Assembly: GCA_031459625.1 (NCBI GenBank)
Contig: JAVKIH010000027.1
Location: 1 to 32,380, forward strand
DNA: 32,380 bases
Direction of reading: 5' to 3'
Source of the DNA: Candidatus Geohabitans tengchongensis
GTDB taxonomy: Bacteria > Sysuimicrobiota > Sysuimicrobiia > Sysuimicrobiales > Humicultoraceae
Of this stretch, positions 8,439 through 19,661 are shown piece after piece. The notes under the pieces were generated by a model. It was given only the letters and a program-made list of their open reading frames with translations, made no database searches and was not told the DNA's origin. The position numbers and the translations under genes were made by a program. The stretch's first letter is position 1; the number at the start of each line of letters is the position of its first letter.

Positions 8439-8906
8439 ATGGCCGAGGAACGGGAGCTCTCCCGGGAGGAGAAGATCGCCGCCGCGCGCGCCAAGGTGGA
8501 GGCGATCAAGCGGCAGCGGGCGGCTGCGCAGGCCGGGCAGGCCGCGGCGGCGCCCCAGGCCGCGGCGGCGCGGACGCTGGAGGTCCCCGTCTCCTCCGTG
8601 AACCCGGGCGGGCGGCCCGTGGACAAGATCGAGGGGCGCACCGTGGTGGCCTACGGCACCGTGAACCAGGCCGTGGACATCGTCGGCGGGCCGGAGGACC
8701 AGGAGAACCTGAAGAAGCTCCTCGGCGGGATCAGCGGCTATCCCAACCCGCTGCGCCGCAACGCGATCCAGGTGGACTACCGGTACTACCGCGAGGCCCG
8801 ACGGCGGCTGGAGGCGGCCGGCTACCGCGTCGAGGAGCGGGACTACCTCGGGCGGCCCCTCAGCGAATGGACGCCCGAGCGGCGCGGCTGGACGCGGGTG
8901 GAGTGA
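8439..8906 (+). CDS. Hypothetical protein (155 aa)
   Basis: Strong GGAGGAGG RBS before ATG 8439; GC3-biased codons; no family recognised. Confidence 0.75.
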   Translation: MAEERELSREEKIAAARAKVEAIKRQRAAAQAGQAAAAPQAAAARTLEVPVSSVNPGGRPVDKIEGRTVVAYGTVNQAVDIVGGPEDQENLKKLLGGISGYPNPLRRNAIQVDYRYYREARRRLEAAGYRVEERDYLGRPLSEWTPERRGWTRVE

Positions 8907-8954
8907 CGCCCCGGGCACCGGGGCCGCCCACGACCTGACCGCGTCCTGACGGCC

Positions 8955-10235
<1,281 letters not shown>

Positions 10236-10237
10236 CC

Positions 10238-11224
10238 CTGGTCCTGCGCCTCCGCCCCGCCCCGCCCTTCCGGCTCGACCTGACCGTCTGGCTGCTGCGC
10301 CGCCGCCCCCTCTACACTGTGGACTGCCTGGAGGAGGATGCCTACCGCCGCGTCCTCCTCCTCGACGGGCAGGCGGTGACGGTGCGCGTCACCCAGACCG
10401 GCCCGCCCGCGGCGCCACGCCTCCTGGTCGAGGCCGCCGGGACGCCGGCGACGGCCACGCCGGCCATCCGCCGGTGGCTCGAGCGCGTGCTCGGGCTCCG
10501 GGTGGACCTGGCCCCCTTCTACCGCATGGCCGCGTTCGACCCGCGCCTGGGGCCGCTGGCCCACCGCTTCCGCGGCCTGCGGCCGCCCCAGTTCCCCAGC
10601 GTCTTCGAGGCGGTCGTGAACGCCATCGCCTGCCAGCAGGTCTCGCTCGCGCTGGGGCTCACGCTCCTCAACCGCCTGGCGCTGGCCTTCGGCCGCCGGC
10701 CCGCTCGGGGCGGCGGGTGGGCCTTCCCGGCCCCCGAGGACCTGGCGCGCGTCCCCCCGGCGGCGCTCCACCGCCTCGGCTTCAGCCGGGCGAAGGCGGA
10801 GGCCATCGTCGAGCTGGCCCGCGCGGTGCGGGCGGGGCTCGACCTGGAAGGGCTGCGCCGCCTGAGCGACGCGGCGGCGATGGGGCGGCTGCTGGCCCTG
10901 CGCGGCATCGGCCGGTGGAGCGCCGAGTACGTGCTCCTGCGCGGGCTGGGGCGGCTGCACGTCTTCCCGGCCGACGACCTGGGGGCACAGGCCAGCCTGC
11001 AGCGCTGGTTCGGCCTCCCGCACCGGCCGGACCGCGACGAGGTCCAGCGCCTGCTCGCCCCCTGGCAGCCCTACGCGGGGCTGGTCTACTTCCACCTCTT
11101 GCTGGACGGCCTGGCGCGGCGGGGCCTGGTGCTCGGCGGCGGCGCAGACGATGGCGGGGAGGCACCCGAGGCCGGCGCGGGACCTGAAGAGAGCCGTGGC
11201 GCGGCGGGCGGCGGTCCCGGGTAG
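10238..11224 (+). CDS. alkA: DNA-3-methyladenine glycosylase II (AlkA-like HhH-GPD); start codon uncertain
   Basis: FEAVVNAIACQQVS, FPAPEDL, HhH motif LRGIGRWSAEYVLLRGLG, FPADD, WQPYAG. Confidence 0.85.
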   Translation: MVLRLRPAPPFRLDLTVWLLRRRPLYTVDCLEEDAYRRVLLLDGQAVTVRVTQTGPPAAPRLLVEAAGTPATATPAIRRWLERVLGLRVDLAPFYRMAAFDPRLGPLAHRFRGLRPPQFPSVFEAVVNAIACQQVSLALGLTLLNRLALAFGRRPARGGGWAFPAPEDLARVPPAALHRLGFSRAKAEAIVELARAVRAGLDLEGLRRLSDAAAMGRLLALRGIGRWSAEYVLLRGLGRLHVFPADDLGAQASLQRWFGLPHRPDRDEVQRLLAPWQPYAGLVYFHLLLDGLARRGLVLGGGADDGGEAPEAGAGPEESRGAAGGGPG

Positions 11225-11778
11225 AGGAGGCGCCGGCCCTCCACGCGGGCAAAAGGCGGCAGGCGGTGGGCCTCGCAGCGGTCCTCGAGGATGTGGCGCA
11301 CCCCCCACCCGCGCACGAGGAAGGCATCGGCCAGCAGCTGCCGGTGGCACCGCCACGGCACCGCCTCGGCGCACATGAGGGCCACCCGCCGGCCGGCGGC
11401 TAGCGCTTCCAGCTCTTCCATGATCCGCTCGAAGGCCTCCGTGAGCATGAAGTCGGCGTAGGCGCGGAACGCGCCGACACGCCAGCCGGTGTTGAGCGAG
11501 GCGGCCTCGGGCCGCCGGTAGCCGCCGAGGTCCTCGCGCCAGGTGTAGGCGATCCCGCGGTCGGCCAGGGCCGCGGCCAGCGGCTCCCGGTGGAAGTGCG
11601 GGAAGCGGCGCGAGGAGGGCCAGCGCCGCACGTCGACGAGGTGCTCGATGCGGTGGGCGTCGAGGAGGGCGAGCAGGGTCTCCAGCGTGCGGGTCGAGTG
11701 GCCGACCGTGTGCACGGTGCGGGGCCCCAGGCACGCCGGGCTCCCCGGGGCGGCGGAAAGGTCTGTCGCGCTCACCAC
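11086..11778 (-). CDS. DUF488-family protein
   Basis: TVGHSTR...LVDVRRWPSSRRFPHF...LGGYR...ALMCAEAVPWRCHRQLLAD; true start may be about 60 nt downstream. Confidence 0.88.
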   Translation of the reverse strand: MVSATDLSAAPGSPACLGPRTVHTVGHSTRTLETLLALLDAHRIEHLVDVRRWPSSRRFPHFHREPLAAALADRGIAYTWREDLGGYRRPEAASLNTGWRVGAFRAYADFMLTEAFERIMEELEALAAGRRVALMCAEAVPWRCHRQLLADAFLVRGWGVRHILEDRCEAHRLPPFARVEGRRLLYPGPPPAAPRLSSGPAPASGASPPSSAPPPSTRPRRARPSSKRWK

Positions 11779-11816
11779 CTGGGCAGGGAGGAGGCGGGAA
11801 GGAGGCGAGACTTGCC

Positions 11817-12488
11817 ATGTGGGAGCGTCTGGCCGCCCCCTGGCAGGCGTGCCTGGAGGAAGCCTGGGCGGCGTACTGCGCCGGCTCGGTCCCCGCCGGG
11901 GCCGTGGTGGTGGACGGCGAGGGGCGCATCCAGAGCCGCGGGCGGAACCGCCGCCGGGACGCGCACACCGGCGTGCTGCCCCTGGCCGGGGTGCGCCTGG
12001 CCCATGCCGAGTTGAACGCGCTGCTCGTCCTGAGCCCCGCCGTCGACCCGCGCGCCTGCACGCTCTACGCCACGAGCGAACCCTGCCCGCTGTGCGTCGG
12101 CGCCCTGGCCGTGGCCCACATCCGCCGCCTGCACTACGCCAGCCGCGAGCCCTGGGCCGGCGGGGTGGCGCTGCTGCGGCTCACGCCCTACCTGGCCGGC
12201 AAGGGGATCGCCGTCCAGGGACCGGAGGACCCCGACCTGGAGGAAGCCATCGTAGCGGCGACGGTGGAGTCCTTCCTCCACGGCCACCCGACCCGGGAGG
12301 GGCGCATCGTGGAGGCGTACCGTCAGGTGACGCCGGTCGGTGTGGAGGTGGGCTGGCAGCTCTTCGCCTCCGGCGACCTGCGCCGCTGGCGCGACCAGGG
12401 GATCGCGGCCGCGCGGGTCTGGACCTGGCTCGGCGAGATGGTCACGGTCGCGCGCGCCCGTCTCGCCGTCCCCGCCCCTCCGCCCTAA
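11817..12488 (+). CDS. Nucleoside/CMP-type zinc deaminase (TadA-like fold) with C-terminal extension
   Basis: AHAELNAL...LYATSEPCPLC motif; GGAGG RBS. Confidence 0.85.
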   Translation: MWERLAAPWQACLEEAWAAYCAGSVPAGAVVVDGEGRIQSRGRNRRRDAHTGVLPLAGVRLAHAELNALLVLSPAVDPRACTLYATSEPCPLCVGALAVAHIRRLHYASREPWAGGVALLRLTPYLAGKGIAVQGPEDPDLEEAIVAATVESFLHGHPTREGRIVEAYRQVTPVGVEVGWQLFASGDLRRWRDQGIAAARVWTWLGEMVTVARARLAVPAPPP

Positions 12489-13639
12489 GAGCGTCGCTCC
12501 ACCTGCACCCCCCGGTAGTAGTGCTGCAGGATCTCCACGTAGGAGCGTCCCGCCAGCCCCATGCCGCGCGCGCCCCACTGGCTCAGCCCCACGCCGTGCC
12601 CCGAGCCGCGCCCCTGGAACTCGGCGGCCGCCACCTCGTCGTTGGGGACGAGGCGCAGGGTGAAGAGCGTGCTGCGCAGGACGCTCACCCCCACCAGCGT
12701 CCGCAACTCGGTCCCTTTCAGCTCGAGCGTCCCGTGGCCGCCGGTGACGCGCACGGCCAGGACGCGCCCCGACGGCGAGAGAGCGGCCACCTCGACCCCC
12801 GTCACGCCGCTCACCGGCCGGCCGGCCCGGCGCAGCCGCGCCTCCAGTTCCGGGAGGTCGACGCGGGTGAGCCACTGGCCTACCGGGGAGCCCTCCACCC
12901 AGGGATCCGGCACCGAGCGCAGGTAGGGATAGGCCACGCCCCACACCAGCTCGCTGGCCTCGGTCATCCCTCCCGAGTCGGCGTGGTAGGCGGCGAAGAT
13001 GGGCCTGCCGCCATATGTGGCCACCATTCCCCGGGTGGCGTCCACCGCCGCCGTGGCCCGCGGGTCCTCGGCGTTCACCCCGCCGTAGACCTGCGAGTCG
13101 GTGGTGGCCCGCAGGTCGTACCCCTCGGCGGCGAACCGCCCCAGGGAGGCGAAGGCCAGGGTGCGCGCCGCCACCGCCTGCGCCTTCAGCGTCTCCGCCG
13201 GCCACCGTGGGTCGACCTCCATCTTCAGGACGCCGTAGAGGTACTCTTCGACGTCGAGCTCGTTCACCACCGTGATCCCCTGACCGGCGCGCCGCAGCTC
13301 GATCACGCCGCGGTAGGCGCGCGAGCCGACGGCCAGGGGGGCTGAGGTCGGCTGGAGCCGGACGACGGGGCCATAGGTCCGCCCGGCTGCGGTGATGCCG
13401 CCCGGCACCGGCCGGAACTCGTAGGTCCCCGCCGGGAGGGCCTCCGCCTGCTGGCTCGCCGGATCGCCGAGGGTGGCGGGCGCCGGTGTCGAGACGGTCA
13501 CCGACGGCTGCGCCAGGAGGATCCCCACCCGTACGAGCTGTCCGGCGGAGGCGCGGGTGTGCCGTGCTGGCACGAGCCCGCCGGCGAGCGCGACGGCCAG
13601 CGCCGCCAGCAGGAAGGCGAGGCGCGCCGGGGAGCCCAT
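12485..13639 (-). CDS. SpoIID/LytB-domain protein (lytic transglycosylase-like), secreted
   Basis: Signal peptide; VVNELDVEEYLYGV, LKAQAVAART, SQVYGG, GHGVGLSQWGA. Confidence 0.92.
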   Translation of the reverse strand: MGSPARLAFLLAALAVALAGGLVPARHTRASAGQLVRVGILLAQPSVTVSTPAPATLGDPASQQAEALPAGTYEFRPVPGGITAAGRTYGPVVRLQPTSAPLAVGSRAYRGVIELRRAGQGITVVNELDVEEYLYGVLKMEVDPRWPAETLKAQAVAARTLAFASLGRFAAEGYDLRATTDSQVYGGVNAEDPRATAAVDATRGMVATYGGRPIFAAYHADSGGMTEASELVWGVAYPYLRSVPDPWVEGSPVGQWLTRVDLPELEARLRRAGRPVSGVTGVEVAALSPSGRVLAVRVTGGHGTLELKGTELRTLVGVSVLRSTLFTLRLVPNDEVAAAEFQGRGSGHGVGLSQWGARGMGLAGRSYVEILQHYYRGVQVERRS

Positions 13640-13640
13640 G

Positions 13641-13862
13641 TCAGCGGCGGCTCAACACGACCGTCAGGAGGATGGTGAGGAGCAGGCTGAGCACCAGGCT
13701 CGTGACGATGGGGAAGTAGAAGATGAACCCGTCCCGTCGGATGACGATGTCCCCGGGCAGGCGCGGGATCCGCCCCAGCACCGTGACCAGCACGCCGACC
13801 GCGACCAGGACCACGCCCAGGAGGATGAGCACCCGGCCGATGGGCGCGAGGTCGTTCACCAT
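13641..13862 (-). CDS. DUF2905-family small membrane protein
   Basis: [30 protein letters not shown]; typical position after ruvB. Confidence 0.88.
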   Translation of the reverse strand: MVNDLAPIGRVLILLGVVLVAVGVLVTVLGRIPRLPGDIVIRRDGFIFYFPIVTSLVLSLLLTILLTVVLSRR

Positions 13863-14977
13863 AGCTGCCCCTGGTCGCGTCCCCCCTCCGGCGGGGTCAG
13901 GCCGAGGTGGCGGTAGGCCGCGGGGGTGGCCCGGCGGCCGGCCGGCGTCCGCGAGAGGAAGCCGCGCGTGAGCAGGAAGGGCTCCACCACCTCCTCCAGC
14001 GTCTGCACCTCCTCGTTCAGCGTCGCCGCCAGCGCCTCGATCCCTACCGGGCCACCCCGGTAGACCTCGATGACCCCCCGCAGCAGGCGGCGGTCCAGCT
14101 CGTCGAGCCCGGCGTCGTCCACCCCTTCAAAGTCTAGCGCCTCCCGCGCCAGCGGCCCCGTGATGCGCCCGTCCCCCCGCACCTGGGCGAAGTCGCGCAC
14201 CCGCCGCAGCAGGCGGTTGGCGATGCGGGGGGTGCCGCGGGCGCGGCGGGCGATCTCGTGGGCGCCATCGGGGGTGACCTCCACCCCCAGGATGGCCGCC
14301 GAGCGCAGGACGACGCGCTCCAGGTCCTCCACCGGGAAGAAGTCGAGGTGGTGGACGATGCCGAACCGCTCGCGCAGCGGCGAGGAGAGCAGCCCGGCGC
14401 GGGTCGTGGCGCCCACCAGGGTGAAGGGCTTCAGCCGGTAGCGCAGCGTGCGGGCGTGCGCGCCCTTGTCGATGACGAAGTGGACGCAGAAGTCCTCCAT
14501 GGCCGGGTAGAGGAGTTCCTCCACCGCCCGCGGCAGGCGGTGGATCTCGTCGATGAAGAGGACGTCCCCGCGCTCCAGGTTCGTCAGGATCCCCATGAGG
14601 TCGCCGCCGCGCTCCAGGGCCGGGCCGGAGGTCTGGACGAAGTGGCCGCCCATCTCGTTGGCCACCACGCCGGCGATGGTCGTCTTCCCCAGCCCGGGGG
14701 GGCCGTGCAGCAGGATGTGGTCCACGGGCTCGCCGCGCTCGCGGGCGGCCTGCAGGCTGATGCGCAGTCCCTCGATGACCCGGGCCTGCCCGATGCACTC
14801 GTCGAGCCGCTGCGGTCGCAGGCTGCGGATGAGGACCTCCTCGTCCGCCGCCACCGCCCCGCCGGCCGCCGCACCGCGCCGGTCGCGCGCGCCCTCAGGC
14901 GCCATCGTCCTCCCTCCGGTGGCCGCGCTCCCCGGGCCGGCGGCCACGCTTCCCGGCCCGGGCCGCTCCGCGCCCAT
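13856..14977 (-). CDS. ruvB: Holliday junction branch migration helicase RuvB (start may be 14905)
   Basis: [53 protein letters not shown]. Confidence 0.97.
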   Translation of the reverse strand: MGAERPGPGSVAAGPGSAATGGRTMAPEGARDRRGAAAGGAVAADEEVLIRSLRPQRLDECIGQARVIEGLRISLQAARERGEPVDHILLHGPPGLGKTTIAGVVANEMGGHFVQTSGPALERGGDLMGILTNLERGDVLFIDEIHRLPRAVEELLYPAMEDFCVHFVIDKGAHARTLRYRLKPFTLVGATTRAGLLSSPLRERFGIVHHLDFFPVEDLERVVLRSAAILGVEVTPDGAHEIARRARGTPRIANRLLRRVRDFAQVRGDGRITGPLAREALDFEGVDDAGLDELDRRLLRGVIEVYRGGPVGIEALAATLNEEVQTLEEVVEPFLLTRGFLSRTPAGRRATPAAYRHLGLTPPEGGRDQGQLW

Positions 14978-14983
14978 GACCCG

Positions 14984-15616
14984 TCACGCCGGGGCCTCCG
15001 CCGCCTGCCGCACCCGGTAGACCTCCTGGAAGAGGGCCTCGGCGTCGGCGATGGCCGGGTTGCGCCGCAGCGCCTCCTCGACCATCCGCCGCGCCTCGGC
15101 GGGCCGGTGCCCCAGCTGGCGCGTGAGGACCTCCACCACCTCGGCCCGGAAGTCCTCGGCGGGCGGTGCCGCCTCTGCCGGGGCCGCCTCCTGCAGGAGG
15201 GCGTACTTCCCCATCTTGCCGTGCAGGGCGGCGACGATCTTCTCCGCCGTGCGCTGCCCGATCCCCGGCAGGCGGCGCAGGAAGGCCACGTCCTTGCGCT
15301 CGATGGCCTCGGCGATGGCCGCCACGGGGTGGGTGATGGCCCGGACCGCCCTGGCCGGCCCCACGCCGTCCACGGTGATGAAGCGCTCGAAGAACTCCTG
15401 CTCCACCTCGCGGCGGAACCCCACCAGCAGCGGCCGCGGCTGGTTGGGCGTGACGTGGTACGAGATGAAGAGGGCCACCTCTTCCCCCTCCCCGGCCGCC
15501 TGCAGCCCGCGCGCCACCACCGCCGGCAGGTGGACCTCGTACCCCACACCGCCCGCCTCGACGACGACCCGGTCCTCAGCGCGCCGCAGGACCCGGCCGC
15601 GCAGGAAGGCGATCAT
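14984..15616 (-). CDS. ruvA: Holliday junction branch migration protein RuvA
   Basis: MIAFLRGRV...GGVGYEV...VDGVGP...LPGIGQRTAEKI. Confidence 0.95.
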   Translation of the reverse strand: MIAFLRGRVLRRAEDRVVVEAGGVGYEVHLPAVVARGLQAAGEGEEVALFISYHVTPNQPRPLLVGFRREVEQEFFERFITVDGVGPARAVRAITHPVAAIAEAIERKDVAFLRRLPGIGQRTAEKIVAALHGKMGKYALLQEAAPAEAAPPAEDFRAEVVEVLTRQLGHRPAEARRMVEEALRRNPAIADAEALFQEVYRVRQAAEAPA

Positions 15617-16185
15617 CCGCCACCTCGGGGCACAGGGGCGGCAACCGTCCTGGCGGCGACCCGCGCGACCGACCTCGACGGCGCCGCCGAATGCGATCGC
15701 GACGAAGGCTGCAACGGCACGCCGCGGCGGGAGAGGGCGGTGAGGGCCAGCGCCGCCGCGTCCGCCACGTGGGCGTCGTCCACCGTGCAGGCCAGCAGCC
15801 GGCTCACCGCTCGCGCCATCTGTCCCTTGGCGGCCCGGCCCGAGCCGGTCAGCACGCGCTTGACCTCGGCCGGGGCCAGGGAGAGGACGCCGACCCCTGC
15901 CTCCTCCGCGGCCAGCCACACCACCCCGCGGGCGTGGGCCACCGCCAGCGCGGCGCGGGGAAAGGCCGGGTGGGCGAAGAGGTCCTCCAGGGCCACGAGG
16001 TCGGGCCGGCAATCGGCCAGCAGTCGGCGGAGCGCGTGGTGCAGGGCGCGGAGCGTGCCGCCGAGGTCGGACGAGGCGGCTCGGACGACGCCCCCCGAGG
16101 CCAGCCGCACGCCCGAGGGATCGCCCTGGATGATGCTGTAGCCGGTGGCGCGAAGACCGGGATCGATGCCGAGTACGACGGTCAT
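15613..16185 (-). CDS. ruvC: Crossover junction endodeoxyribonuclease RuvC
   Basis: MTVVLGIDPG...VALEDLF...ARGV...VKRVLTGSGRAAKGQM...DAAALAL. Confidence 0.95.
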   Translation of the reverse strand: MTVVLGIDPGLRATGYSIIQGDPSGVRLASGGVVRAASSDLGGTLRALHHALRRLLADCRPDLVALEDLFAHPAFPRAALAVAHARGVVWLAAEEAGVGVLSLAPAEVKRVLTGSGRAAKGQMARAVSRLLACTVDDAHVADAAALALTALSRRGVPLQPSSRSHSAAPSRSVARVAARTVAAPVPRGGG

Positions 16186-16415
16186 CCGCACGGATGTTCG
16201 CCGTTGCGTCACCGCTCCCCTTTTGGCCCGTCCGACCAGGGGAATTCCGGCCCGTCAGACCCAGGGGAAGAAGAGGCGCATGAGGGCAGGCACCAGGATG
16301 GCCAGCAGGATCCCGCCGAGGAACCAGTCGATGCGGCCGCCATCCGCCTCCCTCCACGCCGATCGCGCTCGTCAATCCCTCCCATCGGCAGGAGGGAGGC
16401 CGTATACGGGTTCAG

Positions 16416-17162
16416 CTAGCCGACCTGCTGCAGGATCTCCTCCGGGATGTCGAAGTTGGCGTAGGCGCGCTGCACGTCGTCGTGCTCTTCCAGGGCCTCC
16501 AGCAGGCGCAGCACCTGCTGGGCCTCCCGGCCCTCCAGGTGGACCAGGCTCTTCGGGACCATGCTGATCTCCGCCGTCGTCACCGGGATGGCGCGGGCCT
16601 CGAGGGCCTGCTTCACCCGGTAGAGGTCCTCCGGGGCCGTGACGATCTCGTAGCTGTCCTCGGTGGTCCGGACGTCCTCCGCCCCGCCCTCCAGCGCTGC
16701 GGTGATCACCGCGTCCTCGTCGGCCGCCGTCCGGTCGACGACGATCGACCCCTTCCGGTCGAACATCCACGCCACCGAGCCCACCTCGCTCATCCGCCCC
16801 CCATGGTCGCGGAAGATGGCGCGGATCTCGCTGGCGGTGCGGTTGCGGTTGTCGGTGAGCGCCTCCACCAGCACGGCCACGCCGCCCGGCCCGTACCCCT
16901 CGTACACCACCACCTCCAGCGCCGCGCCCCCGCCCTCCCCCGTGCCGCGCTGGATGGCCCGCTGGATGTTCTCGTTGGGCATGCCGGCGTCACGGGCCCG
17001 CTCGATGGCGGCGCGCAGCCGCAGGTTGGCCTCGGGGTTGCCGCCGCCCTCCTTGGCCGCCACGGTGATCTCCCGCGACAGGCGGCTGAAGAGGCGGCCG
17101 CGGACCTGGTCCATCTTCTGCTTCTTGATGCGGATGTTGTGCCACTTGGAGTGGCCGGACAT
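16416..17162 (-). CDS. yebC: YebC/PmpR-family protein
   Basis: MSGHSKWHNI, YEGYGPGGVA, TDNRNRT; TATAAT -10 on the minus strand at 17199-17204. Confidence 0.96.
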   Translation of the reverse strand: MSGHSKWHNIRIKKQKMDQVRGRLFSRLSREITVAAKEGGGNPEANLRLRAAIERARDAGMPNENIQRAIQRGTGEGGGAALEVVVYEGYGPGGVAVLVEALTDNRNRTASEIRAIFRDHGGRMSEVGSVAWMFDRKGSIVVDRTAADEDAVITAALEGGAEDVRTTEDSYEIVTAPEDLYRVKQALEARAIPVTTAEISMVPKSLVHLEGREAQQVLRLLEALEEHDDVQRAYANFDIPEEILQQVG

Positions 17163-17233
17163 GGTCGGGCCTCCGGGGGAGGAGTCAACGCCGCCTCAAT
17201 TATACGGCTAGACGGCCGCGGTGCCGGGCGCCC

Positions 17234-19570
17234 TCAGGGAGGCGCTTCCGTGATGGTGAGGGTCTGGGTGGCGGTGGCGCCCCCGGGGAGGCGCGCCGTG
17301 AGCGTGATGGCGTACCGCATCCCGGGAATGGGGATGGACGGGGCGAACCGGTAGGTGAAGACGCCCTGCGCGTCGGCGGGGAGGTAGGTCTCCACGAGGC
17401 GCACCGCCACCAGGCCGCCGTCCGCCAGGATGGTGATGGCCACGGTGGCGCCCGGGGCGGTGACGCCGCGGATGACCACCGGGGTGCGGACGTGGGCCCC
17501 GTCCTGCGGTTCGGTGACCGTCAGCGCCAGCGTCTCTGCGGTCCCCGCGGGCTCGACCCCGTTCGACCCCGCTTCGGGAGGCAGCGGCGGCGGCGAGGGC
17601 GGCGGGGGTGGCGGGGGCGTTGGCTCCGTGCCGCGGATGTAGAGCTCCCCGCCGCGGACCACCACGCCGTCGGGGCGGGGCCAGTCCTCCGGCGGGACGC
17701 CCTCCAGGGCCGGGCGCATGAACGCCGCCCAGATCTTGGCCGGCAGCCCGCCGCCGACGACGCGCCGCATGGGCGTGTTGTCGTCGTTCCCTACCCAGAC
17801 GGCGGTGACCAGCGTCGGCGTGTAGCCGATGAACCAGGCGTTGCGGTAGTCGTCGGTCGTGCCGGTCTTCCCCGCCGCCGGCCGGCCGATATTGGCGGCC
17901 CGCCCGGTGCCTCGCGTGATGACCCCCTTGAGGATGTCGGTCATGAGGTAGGCCACCGGCGGCGCCAGGGCGATCTCCCGGTCGGGGAAGTGCTCGTAGA
18001 GCACCTTGCCGCTGGCGTCGGTGACCTTCAGGATGGCCACCGGCGCCACGCGCACACCCAGGTTGGCCAGGACCCCGTAGGCCGAGGCCAGCTCCAGGGG
18101 GGTGACCTCCGAGGTGCCCAGGGCCAGCGAGAGGTGGGGGCGGAGGTCGCTGCTGATGCCCATCCGCCGCGCATACTCGACCACCCGGTCGGGCCCGAGC
18201 TCGCTGAGCATGCGCACCGCCGGGACGTTCACCGACTGCTCGAGGGCGCGGCGCAGCGTGATGGGCCCGCGGAAGCGGCGGTCGTAGTTCTTCGGCCGCC
18301 ATACGCCCGCGCCGGGGATGCGGTAGGCCACCGGCGCGTCGACCAGGACGCGCGAGGGCGGCACGCCGTTGGCCAGCGCGGTGACGTAGATGAAGGGCTT
18401 GAAGGCGGAGCCGGGCTGGCGGCGCGCCTGCCAGGCCCGGTTGAACTGGGTCTGGTCGAAGTCGTAGCCGCCGATCATCGCCCGCACGTGCCCGGTGCGC
18501 GGGTCGAGGGCCACGAGCGCCGCCTGGGAGGTGCGGAGGCCGGCCGCCAGGCCCTCGTCGATGCCGCGGCGCACCACCGTCTCCGCCAGGGCCTGCAGGC
18601 GCGTGTCCAGCGTCGTGTAGACGGAGAGGCCGCCGCGGTAGACCAGCTCCTCACCGAAGCGTCCGAGGAGCTGGGGCAGGACGAAGGAGATGAAGTAGGG
18701 GGCGCGGATCCCCACCAGGCCCGCATTCGCGGGCGGCGTGAAGGTCACCGGGTGGCGCAGCACCGCCCCCGCCTGCGCGGGCGTGATCATCCCCAGGTGC
18801 ACCATGCGGTCGATGACCAGCCGCGCCCGCCGCCGCGCCGCCTGCGGGTTGGTGTGGGGCGAGTAGGCCGACGGCGCGCGGATGATGCCGGCCAGCACCG
18901 CCCCCTCCCCCAGCGTGAGCTCGCGCGCCGGCTTGCCGAAGTAGACGCGGGCCGCCATCTCGATGCCGTAGGCCCCCTGGCCGAAGTAGACCTCGTTGAG
19001 GTAGCGCTCCAGGATCTCGTCCTTGGTCAGGCGGCGCTCGATCTCCAGGGCCAGCACGATCTCGGCGAGCTTGCGGCTGAGCACGCGCTCCTGCGAGAGG
19101 AAGAGCGTGCGGGCGAGCTGCTGGGTGATGGTGCTCCCGCCCTCGACGATCTCCCCGGAGCGGATGTTGTGCCAGATGGCCCGGGCAATACCGGTGAGGT
19201 CCACTCCAGGGTGCTGATAGAAGCGGGCGTCCTCGATGGCCAGGACGGCCTGCTGGACGTGCCGGGGCACGGCCTCCAGCGGGATGGGGATGCGGTTCTC
19301 CCGATAGAGGCTGGCCACGAGCTCCCCGGACGCGGCGTAGATGCGCGTGGCCTGGGCGGGCGGGTGGTAGACGGCGGTGACGTCCGGCAGGTCGCGGCTG
19401 ATCGCCACGAGCACCCCCACGCCCGTGCCGATCGCCAGCACGGCCCCCAGGCCGACCACGAGGCCGACGAGGAGGAGCGGGTGGAGGCTGCGGAGGCCGC
19501 GTCCTGCCCGGTGGGCGCCCGGGGAACGGCGGGAGGAGGGACGGCGGGGTGGGACGGCGCGCCTGGCCAC
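17234..19570 (-). CDS. Class A penicillin-binding protein (PBP1A family) with Pro linker and C-terminal Ig-like domain
   Basis: TM anchor; EDARFYQH, GGSTITQQL; SAFK (SxxK), SVN, KTG motifs. Confidence 0.95.
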   Translation of the reverse strand: MARRAVPPRRPSSRRSPGAHRAGRGLRSLHPLLLVGLVVGLGAVLAIGTGVGVLVAISRDLPDVTAVYHPPAQATRIYAASGELVASLYRENRIPIPLEAVPRHVQQAVLAIEDARFYQHPGVDLTGIARAIWHNIRSGEIVEGGSTITQQLARTLFLSQERVLSRKLAEIVLALEIERRLTKDEILERYLNEVYFGQGAYGIEMAARVYFGKPARELTLGEGAVLAGIIRAPSAYSPHTNPQAARRRARLVIDRMVHLGMITPAQAGAVLRHPVTFTPPANAGLVGIRAPYFISFVLPQLLGRFGEELVYRGGLSVYTTLDTRLQALAETVVRRGIDEGLAAGLRTSQAALVALDPRTGHVRAMIGGYDFDQTQFNRAWQARRQPGSAFKPFIYVTALANGVPPSRVLVDAPVAYRIPGAGVWRPKNYDRRFRGPITLRRALEQSVNVPAVRMLSELGPDRVVEYARRMGISSDLRPHLSLALGTSEVTPLELASAYGVLANLGVRVAPVAILKVTDASGKVLYEHFPDREIALAPPVAYLMTDILKGVITRGTGRAANIGRPAAGKTGTTDDYRNAWFIGYTPTLVTAVWVGNDDNTPMRRVVGGGLPAKIWAAFMRPALEGVPPEDWPRPDGVVVRGGELYIRGTEPTPPPPPPPSPPPLPPEAGSNGVEPAGTAETLALTVTEPQDGAHVRTPVVIRGVTAPGATVAITILADGGLVAVRLVETYLPADAQGVFTYRFAPSIPIPGMRYAITLTARLPGGATATQTLTITEAPP

Positions 19571-19661
19571 AGTACTTCATTCTATACCCGGAGGCGGCCG
19601 CGCCGCGGCGGCGAGGCTGAGGCGCCGGTCGGGGCGGGTCAGGCTACGTCGGCCGTGCGGG

